A stretch of 64,000 bases of DNA, from contig CAXHZO010000007.1 in assembly GCA_964022095.1 (NCBI GenBank), positions 19,391 through 83,390 of the forward strand, written 5' to 3'. This document shows positions 63,700 through 64,000 of the stretch, piece by piece (the stretch's first letter is position 1; the number at the start of each line of letters is the position of its first letter). Origin of the DNA: an uncultured Arcobacteraceae bacterium. GTDB taxonomy: Bacteria > Campylobacterota > Campylobacteria > Campylobacterales > Arcobacteraceae. The position numbers and the translations under genes were made by a program. The notes beneath the pieces are model-generated. The model did not search any database. It saw only the letters and a program-made list of their open reading frames with translations, and was not told the DNA's origin.

Positions 63700-64000
63700 T
63701 TAACTCTCTACGTAATTCTTAAGGTTTTTACCTACTTTAGGGTGCTTTAATTTCTTAATAGCACTTGATTCAATTTGTCTTACTCTTTCTCTTGTAACTG
63801 TTAGTTCTTTACCAATTTCTTCTAAAGTTCTATCAGATGCATCACTCATAAGACCAAATCTCATTCTAATAACGGCTTGTTCTCTTTCATTTAATTGAGC
63901 AAGAATTTGATCAATTTGACCTTGTAAATCTTCTTTCATTATATTATCAACTGGTGTTGGAGCTTTTTCATCTGGAACAAAGTCACCAAATTTACCATCT
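63700..64000 (-). CDS. rpoD: RNA polymerase sigma-70 factor RpoD, C-terminal part (gene continues past the right edge)
   Basis: Region 4 sequence EREQAVIRMRFGL...TLEEIGKELTVTRERVRQIESSAIKKLKHP. Frame open to position 64000. Confidence 0.9.
   Translation of the reverse strand, partial: DGKFGDFVPDEKAPTPVDNIMKEDLQGQIDQILAQLNEREQAVIRMRFGLMSDASDRTLEEIGKELTVTRERVRQIESSAIKKLKHPKVGKNLKNYVES

Noticed and set aside
1-64000. Search for CRISPR arrays, tRNA/rRNA genes, integrases, prophage or conjugation genes, and long (>100 bp) dispersed repeats.
   Set aside because: Visual scanning found none. Intergenic gaps are all under ~155 nt and hold only promoters and terminators. I cannot exclude small ncRNAs without covariance-model searches (Infernal/Rfam) or transcriptome data.

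Overview
AT-rich, densely coding chromosomal segment. Gene content and protein signatures suggest a Campylobacterota genome of the Arcobacter group: long-form DapD and TrmB, HQWRQPLN-type histidine kinases, a chromosomal class D beta-lactamase. This assignment is an inference; no marker RNA is present. About 60 supported CDS; no rRNA, tRNA or CRISPR array seen. Left to right: membrane proteins and a CHASE4-type sensor kinase; DsrE-like protein and Blc lipocalin; an IS1595-like relic; a five-gene ECF-type nickel/cobalt uptake operon (DUF4198-CbiM-X-CbiQ-CbiO); a flavoprotein; a type I R-M cassette (hsdM-hsdS-DUF1016 nuclease-hsdR); hypBCD-[AAA ATPase]-hypEA; a frameshifted dCache-GGDEF cyclase; livKHMGF; a 7TMR-DISM kinase plus response regulator; a convergent 8.6 kb gene for a 2,878 aa mosaic lipoprotein; small proteins, a pilin-like gene and priA; dapD; a GH114 lipoprotein; an ABC-F ATPase; a DEAD-box helicase. 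A long minus-strand cluster follows (rluD, FN3 lipoprotein, trmB, ftsE, ftsX, envC-like, membrane protein, FkbM methyltransferase, DUF234 protein, OXA-type beta-lactamase), then rodA, tonB, hemL, ppnP, atpZ-like and the 3' end of rpoD. Leads for follow-up: (1) the giant lipoprotein, whose N-terminal ~1,750 aa I cannot assign; (2) a 22-nt motif (21/22 identical) at the same promoter-proximal position upstream of both the Ni-uptake and hyp operons; (3) an Arch-type ATPase gene inserted inside the hyp operon; (4) two genes whose conserved N-termini lie in open frames with no ATG/GTG/TTG start (SD + 7 nt + ATT/ATC); (5) an A9 tract splitting the diguanylate cyclase gene. All family calls come from recognising motifs by eye; no searches were run.
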